Source: a virus. Taken from it: 62,650 bases of DNA. This document shows positions 7,484 through 14,303 of the stretch, in pieces (within the stretch, counting starts at the first letter, position 1; each line of letters begins with the position of its first letter). Below the pieces are notes generated by a model, which was given only the letters and a program-made list of their open reading frames with translations, was not told the DNA's origin and ran no database searches. Both the position numbers and the translations under genes were made by a program. The DNA is taken from the IMG/VR virus record IMGVR_UViG_3300034418_004553. The stretch is one strand, 5' to 3'.

Positions 7484-7633
7484 TTATTCATGACACATCC
7501 ACTCTATTGAGCCAAGGCTGTAGCCTTTGCCGATTAAGAAGCCTTCAAGCGCTTCGTGAACTTCTGGCATTTCTGGTGGTAGCACATACGTGTCTACCTC
7601 TGCTCTTTCAAAATTTAATACTGTTATTTTCAT
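7484..7633 (-). CDS. Small hypothetical protein (49 aa)
   Basis: Manual translation MKITVLNFERAEVDTYVLPPEMPEVHEALEGFLIGKGYSLGSIEWMCHE. TAATG junction with the upstream ORF. Confidence 0.4.
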   Translation of the reverse strand: MKITVLNFERAEVDTYVLPPEMPEVHEALEGFLIGKGYSLGSIEWMCHE

Positions 7634-7806
7634 TATTTCTCTAATATATAGGTGAAACCTTTATAACCGAACCAGTGGGAAACACCATCTGACTCACCAT
7701 AGTTAATACAACCGAAATTATTCGGTAAATCTCCAATACAGTATGGCTTATAAACTGCCATTCCTATCTGTATTTTATTATTTTTTAAGAATTTAATTGT
7801 TTTCAT
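7633..7806 (-). CDS. Small hypothetical protein (57 aa)
   Basis: Manual translation MKTIKFLKNNKIQIGMAVYKPYCIGDLPNNFGCINYGESDGVSHWFGYKGFTYILEK. Preceded directly by motif copy d. Confidence 0.45.
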   Translation of the reverse strand: MKTIKFLKNNKIQIGMAVYKPYCIGDLPNNFGCINYGESDGVSHWFGYKGFTYILEK

Positions 7807-7844
7807 ATTATTATTATCTATTGTGTTCCGTATTTAGTTTGTTA
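7807..7844 (-). promoter_or_regulatory. Early-region repeat motif, copy d
   Basis: Minus strand TAACAAACTAAATACGGAACACAATAGATAATAATAAT then ATG. The embedded TAA stops ORF 7834..7962 (…DLTN-stop). Confidence 0.6.
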
Positions 7845-7962
7845 AATCTGACGCTACATTAACAAGTAGCATTATCATAGCGATACCAAATGTACCAATG
7901 TTCAAAGCAAGTACTGCTTTCATAGTAATCTCTGCGATTACAAAGTGATTGAATTTTCTCAT
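7834..7962 (-). CDS. Small membrane protein (42 aa, one TM)
   Basis: Manual translation MRKFNHFVIAEITMKAVLALNIGTFGIAMIMLLVNVASDLTN. Confidence 0.4.
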   Translation of the reverse strand: MRKFNHFVIAEITMKAVLALNIGTFGIAMIMLLVNVASDLTN

Positions 7963-7968
7963 ATTATA

Positions 7969-8283
7969 TTATTTTAGTAGTTTCATAAGTGCATTGACAA
8001 CGTCATTAGCGTTTGAAGTGTAATCAACGCCTAAGGATAGTGCATTGCTGTAACAGTCATCGCACTCGTCTTGCCACTCGACAAACTGCCAATAGCCAAA
8101 CATAGTTGATTCAAGTGCTGTGCTACGCACTGAGTAGTCACTGATGTTGTAAGTGATACTGATTTCACTGTCACCAATCAGAGTTAAATCATGATTTGGT
8201 AAGTGATGCTTGAGTAATTGATGTATAGCGTTACGCTGTAGTTTTACTTGAGCTCGTAGCTCTTTATTGAATATCATTGCCAT
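7969..8283 (-). CDS. Hypothetical protein
   Basis: 104-aa ORF directly preceded by motif copy e. Confidence 0.55.
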   Translation of the reverse strand: MAMIFNKELRAQVKLQRNAIHQLLKHHLPNHDLTLIGDSEISITYNISDYSVRSTALESTMFGYWQFVEWQDECDDCYSNALSLGVDYTSNANDVVNALMKLLK

Positions 8284-8321
8284 ATTATTATTATCTATAA
8301 GTTATCGTATTTTGTTTGTAG
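8284..8321 (-). promoter_or_regulatory. Early-region repeat motif, copy e (TAA mutated to AAA)
   Basis: Minus strand CTACAAACAAAATACGATAACTTATAGATAATAATAAT then ATG. The upstream ORF reads through the motif (…TTNKIR-stop). Confidence 0.55.
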
Positions 8322-8436
8322 TATTAGGTCTCACCATTGCCACCTCTTCAAACTCTTCACGAGTGATAAGATTCATCATTAGTGCTAAGTAGTACTTAGT
8401 TACATCTCGCTTAGTTATTTTGTTAATTACTTTCAT
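8302..8436 (-). CDS. Small hypothetical protein (44 aa)
   Basis: Manual translation MKVINKITKRDVTKYYLALMMNLITREEFEEVAMVRPNTTNKIR. Confidence 0.4.
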   Translation of the reverse strand: MKVINKITKRDVTKYYLALMMNLITREEFEEVAMVRPNTTNKIR

Positions 8437-8451
8437 ATTATTTTTAGTTTA

Positions 8452-8495
8452 GTAGTAGCTTGCGAATCGAACGCAACTCGGCACCATGACTACTA
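8452..8495 (-). ncRNA. tRNA-like minihelix 2 (same architecture as 5385..5426)
   Basis: Minus strand TAGTAGT-CATGGTGCCGAG-TTGCG-TTCGATT-CGCAA-GCTACTA-C. Both stems differ in sequence from copy 1 but stay complementary. Same T-loop, U7-G66 wobble, discriminator C and trailing AAACTAAA. Confidence 0.6.
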
Positions 8496-8560
8496 TGTAA
8501 GTGTTCATATTTGATATACCAGTAAACACTAAACTAACTGGACTATATGTTGAAGAGTAG

Positions 8561-8815
8561 TTATGACACTACTGCGTCAGTTTCACGCAACACTTTTGGT
8601 ATATTGTTACTAGCAGTGTACGACTTATACTTTGCCCAACATGGCATTGCTTCTAAAGCTGACTGCATAAGAGTGAATGCTTTGTCGTGATTGTAAGTAA
8701 CTGTGTTACCATTCTTGAATGTTACTGTTATTGTAGCGCCTTTGCCTACAAGTGATTGACGTAAAACGAAACGCTTGCTAGTTAGAGTGTTAGTCACTGC
8801 ATTTGAATTTGACAT
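8561..8815 (-). CDS. Hypothetical protein
   Basis: 84-aa ORF. Confidence 0.55.
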   Translation of the reverse strand: MSNSNAVTNTLTSKRFVLRQSLVGKGATITVTFKNGNTVTYNHDKAFTLMQSALEAMPCWAKYKSYTASNNIPKVLRETDAVVS

Positions 8816-8842
8816 GTTATATATATTTTTAAGTTATTAGTT

Positions 8843-8880
8843 ATATTTATTATCTGTTGCTTGTCGTATTTAGTTTGTAA
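8843..8880 (-). promoter_or_regulatory. Early-region repeat motif, copy f
   Basis: Minus strand TTACAAACTAAATACGACAAGCAACAGATAATAAATAT. Here the ATG (8815) lies a further ~27 nt downstream. Confidence 0.5.
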
Positions 8881-8958
8881 AAGTAGTAAGTTTGTTTATG
8901 TATTAGTTTTAGTAGAGTAGTACTCCGCCGCGCTCGCAAGTGAACGACATAAATTATT

Positions 8959-9066
8959 TTACAACAACTCACTGAGTGAACAAGTTAGCATTATGTAAAG
9001 AGTAAATACTGTAGCGAAAAGAATTGTATAAATTATTTCTTGAAGTAGTAATTTTAGAATACGCAT
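8959..9066 (-). CDS. Small hydrophobic protein (35 aa), first ORF of the leftward arm
   Basis: Manual translation MRILKLLLQEIIYTILFATVFTLYIMLTCSLSELL. Confidence 0.35.
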   Translation of the reverse strand: MRILKLLLQEIIYTILFATVFTLYIMLTCSLSELL

Positions 9067-9089
9067 GTAGAATATTTTTGTTTTGTTAT

Positions 9090-9127
9090 ATATATATTAT
9101 CGAAGCGTTGTCGTACTTACTATGCAA
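9090..9127 (-). promoter_or_regulatory. Early-region repeat motif, copy g (degenerate, outermost)
   Basis: Minus strand TTGCATAGTAAGTACGACAACGCTTCGATAATATATAT. It keeps the TACGA and CGATAAT blocks and sits at the head of the leftward arm. Confidence 0.4.
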
Positions 9128-9189
9128 AAATCGAAACTGAGGCAAAGCCAAAGGCGGGGCCCGGTAAACTATATGCACTTTTCCTGGCA

Positions 9190-9213
9190 GGGGGAGGGGC
9201 CGGGGGAGGGGGG
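9190..9213 (+). other. Canonical G-quadruplex motif G5-A-G4-CC-G5-A-G6
   Basis: Read directly: gggggaggggccgggggagggggg. Four G-tracts of 4 or more with loops of 1, 2 and 1 nt, inside a GC-rich island (about 9140..9230) of an AT-rich genome. Confidence 0.8.
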
Positions 9214-9353
9214 CTACATTTCCCTCCAATATTTATAATATCCGAAAAAAGTATGACACTAGGTAGTTAATAGATATTAGTAACAGGCATATGTCACACT
9301 TTTTAAATAGCGAAGTAAGTGTGTAACTATAAAGAGTATAAAGAAGAAAAGCA

Positions 9354-9746
9354 ATGGCAACTACAACAGCACAAGTAATTATATCAAGCACGAACTTACT
9401 TTCTAGTTCACTTAGCATTAATAACACACGTACATTAAAGCAGTCTGACGGAACAGATGTGGATGAGTCTACAGGTCTAGCAGCAACTAAGAACGGTGGT
9501 ACTAGTATATATACTTTGTATTTAGCGTCAGCTTACGGTAACAACGGTGCCGCGAAAGTGTACATTAAGAATAACGATACTACGTTTGCTAACTTTGTTA
9601 CGATCACGATAGGCTCACAAACTCTTGGTAGATTATACGGCGGTGATTGGGCGCTTATACCTTGGGATGCTACAAACGATTTCAAAGCTACAAACAACAA
9701 CAGCGGTACTACTATTGAGCACATGCTGTTACATGAAGGAGCATAA
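9354..9746 (+). CDS. Hypothetical protein, first ORF of the late arm
   Basis: 130-aa ORF, T/S/N/G-rich. Confidence 0.6.
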   Translation: MATTTAQVIISSTNLLSSSLSINNTRTLKQSDGTDVDESTGLAATKNGGTSIYTLYLASAYGNNGAAKVYIKNNDTTFANFVTITIGSQTLGRLYGGDWALIPWDATNDFKATNNNSGTTIEHMLLHEGA

Positions 9747-9780
9747 TACTATATATATATAACATACAACATAATTAATT

Positions 9781-10242
9781 ATGGCATACAAAATGAAGAA
9801 TCCATCTGCTATGAAGATGGCGAAAAAAGCAGGTTGTCCTAGGACTGCTATGAAAATGAAAGCTGAGGAAGCTGCGGCTATGAAGATGAAGAAAGCTGCA
9901 ATGAAGCTTAAAGAGGCATCTGCTATGAAAATGAAGAAGTCTGCTATGAAGGCTGAAGGTGATCCTAAAAAAGAGATGACTCAAGCTGAAAAGGACGCTG
10001 CTATTGCTAACGCTATGCCAGCTGCTAAAAAAGAAGCGCTAAGCGATGAGACAGTTGCGGGTATGAAATCGTACTTTGGTGGAGTTAACGCTGATATTGA
10101 TGCAGTGAAAGCAAAGATGAGAGAGCTTAAGAGCAAGACGGAAAGATCTGGAGTAAGTCCAAAGAACCAGGCTAAATTCGACGCAGACCTAAAAGCAGCG
10201 GAGCGCGCAGCTAAAGCTAGATACCCACAAGTATTTAGATAA
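9781..10242 (+). CDS. Lys/Met-rich repeat protein (M-A-Y-K-M-K N-terminus)
   Basis: 153 aa. The N-terminal 57 aa hold 7 (A)MK(M/L/A)K units, and the C-terminal half is basic and helical. Confidence 0.65.
   Translation: MAYKMKNPSAMKMAKKAGCPRTAMKMKAEEAAAMKMKKAAMKLKEASAMKMKKSAMKAEGDPKKEMTQAEKDAAIANAMPAAKKEALSDETVAGMKSYFGGVNADIDAVKAKMRELKSKTERSGVSPKNQAKFDADLKAAERAAKARYPQVFR
9787..9951 (+). repeat. In-frame tandem (S/A)AMKMK(K) peptide repeats
   Basis: gctatgaa(g/a)atg recurs at irregular 18-30 nt spacing: YKMK, SAMKMAKK, TAMKMKAEE, AAMKMKK, AAMKLKE, SAMKMKK, SAMKAEG. Confidence 0.8.
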
Positions 10243-10294
10243 ACAACGTAAAGGATTTACCTTTACACCATATATAACCTAAAACCCAATAAAT

Positions 10295-10585
10295 ATGACC
10301 TATTTATACTACAAGACGTCGTCTACGACGCACACTACAAAGCCAAGTAAGCAAGAAATCGCAGAATGGACACACATGTCTGCTAAATCTAACTGGCGAA
10401 TCACCCAATTACCTAACGGATACTATCAAACAGAGGTTTCGAACCCACAAGATCAAGAAAGTTGGCATTCTGTTACCCGAAGAGAAACGCTCGAAGGTGC
10501 AGAATCTGCCATTGACGGTAGCATCGACTACTTTTCTAAAAAATTAGAGGCTACAAAAGGCCCGAAAGTTGTAAAGACTTTCTAA
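10295..10585 (+). CDS. Hypothetical protein
   Basis: 96-aa ORF. Confidence 0.55.
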   Translation: MTYLYYKTSSTTHTTKPSKQEIAEWTHMSAKSNWRITQLPNGYYQTEVSNPQDQESWHSVTRRETLEGAESAIDGSIDYFSKKLEATKGPKVVKTF

Positions 10586-10597
10586 AAAATAAAAATC

Positions 10598-10888
10598 ATG
10601 GCATTTAAAATGAAGGCATTCTCTGGTTTTAAATCAAACGGAGATCCAAAGAAAAAATCTACGGCTACAGCTGGTACAATTGTTGGTGATATCGACAATA
10701 AGCTTGGAGACGCATTTGCAAGTGGAGACATGAGCGCAGCAAGAAAAGCTTATAGAGAAGTAAAAAGCGATATCAAAAGCGTTCTAGCTGGCGGAGGTAA
10801 AGAAGCGGAAAGTCTACGTGATCTTATAAACGTTGATAAGTACAAAAACTTCAACTCAGTAAAAAACGCTTACAAAAGCGATCAATAA
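10598..10888 (+). CDS. Small Lys-rich protein (MAFKMK N-terminus)
   Basis: 96 aa. The start ATGGCATTTAAAATGAA is identical to that of ORF 53292. Confidence 0.6.
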   Translation: MAFKMKAFSGFKSNGDPKKKSTATAGTIVGDIDNKLGDAFASGDMSAARKAYREVKSDIKSVLAGGGKEAESLRDLINVDKYKNFNSVKNAYKSDQ

Positions 10889-10923
10889 TCCAAACAAACC
10901 AATATAATTTAATTTAATACAAT

Positions 10924-12495
10924 ATGGAATACAACTTACCTAGTGAGTTGATCAAGGAACTAGACTTTGGTCATACCGCTAAAAGTAAAATCATTGCCGG
11001 CGTAGATAAGCTGGCACAAGCCGTGAAAAGCACACTTGGCGCATCGGGTAAATGCGTCATCTATGAGGATGCTCGCGGCAGACCGGTGATCACAAAAGAC
11101 GGAGTAACCGTGGCTCAAAGCGTAGTCTTATATGATCCGGTTGAAAACATTGGCGCTACATTAATTAAAGAAGCAGCCAACAACACAGTGAAAGAAGCAG
11201 GTGACGGTACTACTACAGCTACTGTCCTTGCTGAAGCACTATTAAAAGAAGTAAATAAAGATGAATACTCTAAAGAATCTATACGAGAAATCAAAGCAGG
11301 TATTAGCTCAGGCCTGGACAAAGTTGTGCAACATCTTGAAGGAAGGGCTATTGAAGTTGAAGGGAGCATGCTTAGCGCTGTTAGCGCGATTAGTTGCAAC
11401 AATGATCAAGCCCTTGGAAACATTATTGCAGAAGCTTACGAGCAAGTAGGCAAAGACGGTGTCGTACTTATGGAGGAAGGTGACACCGATGAAACGCATG
11501 TAGAGTTAGTTGACGGGGTGCAGTTTGACTGTGGGCTTACGTCACCGCACTTCGTCACTAACACTGACAAACATCTAGCAGAGCTAGATAACCCATACGT
11601 GTTAATTGTATCTAGCGAAATACCAAACGTGCGTAAGATACAAAATGTACTAGAGCATGTTATTAAAAAAGGACGTTCTTTACTTATTATAGCACCTGTA
11701 GCATCTGGCGTTAAGTCTGCGCTTATGATGAACAAGGTTAAAGGTAATATAAAAGTTAATATTATTGACTTACCTGGCTTTGGTCCTACAAAGAAAGATG
11801 CTACGGAAGATCTAGCTATCATGACGGGTGCTACTGTTATTAACGAAGAGCTGGGTGATGACTTAGACCTTATAGGTGTAGAACACTTAGGAGAAGTTGA
11901 GTACGCCGTAACTAGTGATACTAATACAGTGATTACTCTTGAGGAGATGACAGAAGAGATCAACGAACGTATTGAGCAGGTGTCTAAGAAAGTTGAAGAT
12001 GCTAAAGACGGCTTTATGAAAAAGAAGCTACAAGAGCGCTTAGCTATGTTATCAGGCTCTGTAGGTATTATTAAAGTTGGTGCTGCATCTAAGGTTGAGC
12101 TCAAAGAAAAGAAAGACAGAGTTGAAGATGCTATATACGCAACTAAAGCCGCGCTTAAAGAAGGTATCGTACCTGGTGGCGGATCTGCATTATACTGGGC
12201 GTCTCAAAAAATTTCTCCCACTAACGTGGGTGAGGAGATCCTCCTTAAATCTATTAGAGCTCCGTTCTACACTATACTAGACAACGCTGGTATTTTAAGC
12301 GCTGAAGTTATTAATAAAGAATATCACGGCGTAAACGTTATCACTGGTGAGTGTGTGGACATGATTGAAGCTGGCGTAGTAGATCCAGTGTTAGTTACTA
12401 AGTCTGCACTCAAGAACGCTTGCTCAGTGGTGTCAACTATTATTTCGGCTGATTGTGTAATCTCAAATGCTAGAGCAGATGAAAGCAATAAATGA
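10924..12495 (+). CDS. groEL: GroEL-like chaperonin (Cpn60)
   Basis: 523 aa. Hallmark GDGTTTATVLA ATP-binding motif, ITKDGVTVA, VPGGG, and C-terminal AGVVDPVLVTKSAL. Confidence 0.9.
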   Translation: MEYNLPSELIKELDFGHTAKSKIIAGVDKLAQAVKSTLGASGKCVIYEDARGRPVITKDGVTVAQSVVLYDPVENIGATLIKEAANNTVKEAGDGTTTATVLAEALLKEVNKDEYSKESIREIKAGISSGLDKVVQHLEGRAIEVEGSMLSAVSAISCNNDQALGNIIAEAYEQVGKDGVVLMEEGDTDETHVELVDGVQFDCGLTSPHFVTNTDKHLAELDNPYVLIVSSEIPNVRKIQNVLEHVIKKGRSLLIIAPVASGVKSALMMNKVKGNIKVNIIDLPGFGPTKKDATEDLAIMTGATVINEELGDDLDLIGVEHLGEVEYAVTSDTNTVITLEEMTEEINERIEQVSKKVEDAKDGFMKKKLQERLAMLSGSVGIIKVGAASKVELKEKKDRVEDAIYATKAALKEGIVPGGGSALYWASQKISPTNVGEEILLKSIRAPFYTILDNAGILSAEVINKEYHGVNVITGECVDMIEAGVVDPVLVTKSALKNACSVVSTIISADCVISNARADESNK

Positions 12496-12736
12496 TTACA
12501 TAGTAGTTAACGTAGAGAAAGAAGGTCCCAAAAAAGTTGGTGGCCTTCTTCTTACTGAAGAGCTAGACGAAAGCAATAGATATATTAAAGCTACGATTAT
12601 CTCTACAGGTAATCTTGTTGAAGGCTTAAATGATGGTGATGTAATTTACTACGATAAGCACGCTGGTCATGGTATTTCATGGCAAGATACAGTGTATCAA
12701 GTAATTCGTGGTAGAGATGTTGTACTCGTAGAGTAA
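12479..12736 (+). CDS. groES: GroES-like co-chaperonin (Cpn10)
   Basis: MKAINDYIVVNVEKEGPKKVGGLLLTEE...DGDVIYYDKHAG fits the GroES pattern. The start is taken at the second ATG (the track ORF starts at 12467) and overlaps the groEL end. Confidence 0.75.
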   Translation: MKAINDYIVVNVEKEGPKKVGGLLLTEELDESNRYIKATIISTGNLVEGLNDGDVIYYDKHAGHGISWQDTVYQVIRGRDVVLVE

Positions 12737-12836
12737 CTACTTCACTAAACATGTGATAAGGATAATAGACCTAAACCTTAAATCACAAACTTTAAACGGT
12801 AAATCAATAAACATTAACATTTAAAATTTTTCAAAC

Positions 12837-13169
12837 ATGACACAAAGAGAAGTATTTTTATATTTCCAGGATGGCAATGATGATGCTTACTGCTATCCTC
12901 TTAAAAACTTCATTGGTTTCCAGCACGCTGCTGACGGTACTCTTCTAATGAGATTTGTATCTGTAGTTACTGGACCTGGAGCTACAACAGAGATTGATAC
13001 GGTAACGTTAACATTAGCTTCTAATAAAGAAAAAGATGCTATTAACGATATTGTTAACTTAATCAATAGTGGACCTCACTCAGTAGGGGTTATAACTATT
13101 GCTGATAACGTTAATCAAGTTTATGCTTCTACGCATATTACTGATGTAGCTGGTACACTTGACTCATAA
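12837..13169 (+). CDS. Hypothetical protein
   Basis: 110-aa ORF after a 100-nt gap. Confidence 0.55.
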   Translation: MTQREVFLYFQDGNDDAYCYPLKNFIGFQHAADGTLLMRFVSVVTGPGATTEIDTVTLTLASNKEKDAINDIVNLINSGPHSVGVITIADNVNQVYASTHITDVAGTLDS

Positions 13170-13172
13170 CAC

Positions 13173-13613
13173 ATGAGACTAACAGCGCAAGATTTGCGTG
13201 ATATGAATATCCTTAAGTACTACAGGCTCACGCGTAAGTGGGCCTGTAAGACTTATGGGTTGACTGATGCTGATCTAGAACTACTTATATATCTAGATCA
13301 CAAGGGTAGATTTACCCGCAACGAATTTATCGAGGGTGCTTACACATATTCTTGGGATAAGAAAAGGTGGGAGAAACTACGATCAGCTGGCTGGATAGAG
13401 GTCTGGCGACATAGAAACAGAACTAGTATTAAGTACTCTGTTTACAAGACGTCGTTTAAATGCTCACAGCTAGTTACACGAATATATCGCATACTGCTAG
13501 GCGAAGAAGATCTACCAACTTCAGAGCGCAGTGTGTTTTTTAACAACAAGTCGTATACAGATAAAGTCTATAACAAAGCTATAGATGATATGATACGAGA
13601 CAAAGATAGATAA
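13173..13613 (+). CDS. Putative winged-helix DNA-binding protein
   Basis: LTDADLELLIYLDHKGRFTRNEFIEG...KLRSAGWIEVWR resembles a MarR-type wHTH. Weak call. Confidence 0.4.
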   Translation: MRLTAQDLRDMNILKYYRLTRKWACKTYGLTDADLELLIYLDHKGRFTRNEFIEGAYTYSWDKKRWEKLRSAGWIEVWRHRNRTSIKYSVYKTSFKCSQLVTRIYRILLGEEDLPTSERSVFFNNKSYTDKVYNKAIDDMIRDKDR

Positions 13614-13614
13614 C

Positions 13615-13953
13615 ATGCCTTTCAAAATGAAACCTAAAAGTCCTCTTACTAAGAAGCTAGTGGGCAATCAACATAAGCTACCTGATCATCTAAAGAAAAA
13701 GATTTTAGATGCTCCAGAAACTCCTATGAAGAAAAGCAAGGAAGAAAGAATCAGAGGTAAAAAACAAGGTACAACCGCGAACGTTACAAGACGCTTAAAT
13801 GAAGGTAACATAAAGGGTGCTAAGCTTTCTAGAAAAATGAACGTAGCTTCAACAAAGGGTAAAAAAGCTAAAGCAGATAGATTAGAAAGGAAAAGAGATG
13901 CTGCTGATCAAGATTTTTTCAAAAAAGAAGTTCAACGTAGTAGAAACAAGTAA
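13615..13953 (+). CDS. Small Lys-rich protein (MPFKMK N-terminus)
   Basis: 112 aa, very basic. Confidence 0.6.
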   Translation: MPFKMKPKSPLTKKLVGNQHKLPDHLKKKILDAPETPMKKSKEERIRGKKQGTTANVTRRLNEGNIKGAKLSRKMNVASTKGKKAKADRLERKRDAADQDFFKKEVQRSRNK

Positions 13954-14303
13954 TGGCGTATAAGCTAGGCAAAGAACGTAGAAAAACACGTACACCTGAG
14001 AATACACCTATATTCAGAAAGAAGCTAGATAAAGGTATATTAGGTGAAGCTAATATGGATGGTAGCATCTATGTTAGTAAAGACGTGCCTAAAGATAGCG
14101 CTCTTGAAAAAAGAGTTATACGTCATGAGAAGGTTCACGCCAAAGAGATGAAGGAAGGTAGAATAGCTTACGGTGACGACTATGTAAGAGATGGTAACAA
14201 GACTTACCATAGGAGAGACGGTAAGATTAAATACAACGGTAAGTGGCATGATGAAGGAAGTAATGTGTTTCCTTGGGAGAAGAGAGCTAAGAAAGCAGAG
14301 TAA
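13953..14303 (+). CDS. Small basic protein (MAYKLGK N-terminus) with an HExxH motif
   Basis: 116 aa. Contains VIRHEKVHAKEM (HEKVH). ATGA-type junctions on both sides. Confidence 0.55.
   Translation: MAYKLGKERRKTRTPENTPIFRKKLDKGILGEANMDGSIYVSKDVPKDSALEKRVIRHEKVHAKEMKEGRIAYGDDYVRDGNKTYHRRDGKIKYNGKWHDEGSNVFPWEKRAKKAE

Noticed and set aside
4320-9127. CRISPR-like array formed by the 7 repeated 38-nt motifs
   Set aside because: The copies are 0.25-1.5 kb apart with protein-coding genes between them. They are imperfect and each abuts an ATG. They behave as intergenic regulatory or boundary elements, not as repeat-spacer units.
9233-9427. 64-aa minus-strand ORF in the divergent control region
   Set aside because: It overlaps the start of the first late gene and the putative late promoter region. 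The peptide is hydrophobic and low-complexity, and there is no motif copy or coupling to neighbours.
9775-9984. 69-aa His/Ser/Phe-rich minus-strand ORF
   Set aside because: It is the mirror image of the AMKMK codon repeats (gctatgaagatg read in reverse gives HLHS/FHS units), so it is an artefact of the repeat.
11436-12104. 222-aa minus-strand ORF inside groEL (and smaller ones at 11115..11402 and 11308..11499)
   Set aside because: It is antisense to a gene with unmistakable GroEL motifs. Its S/T/I-rich low-complexity translation is typical of antisense frames in AT-rich coding DNA.
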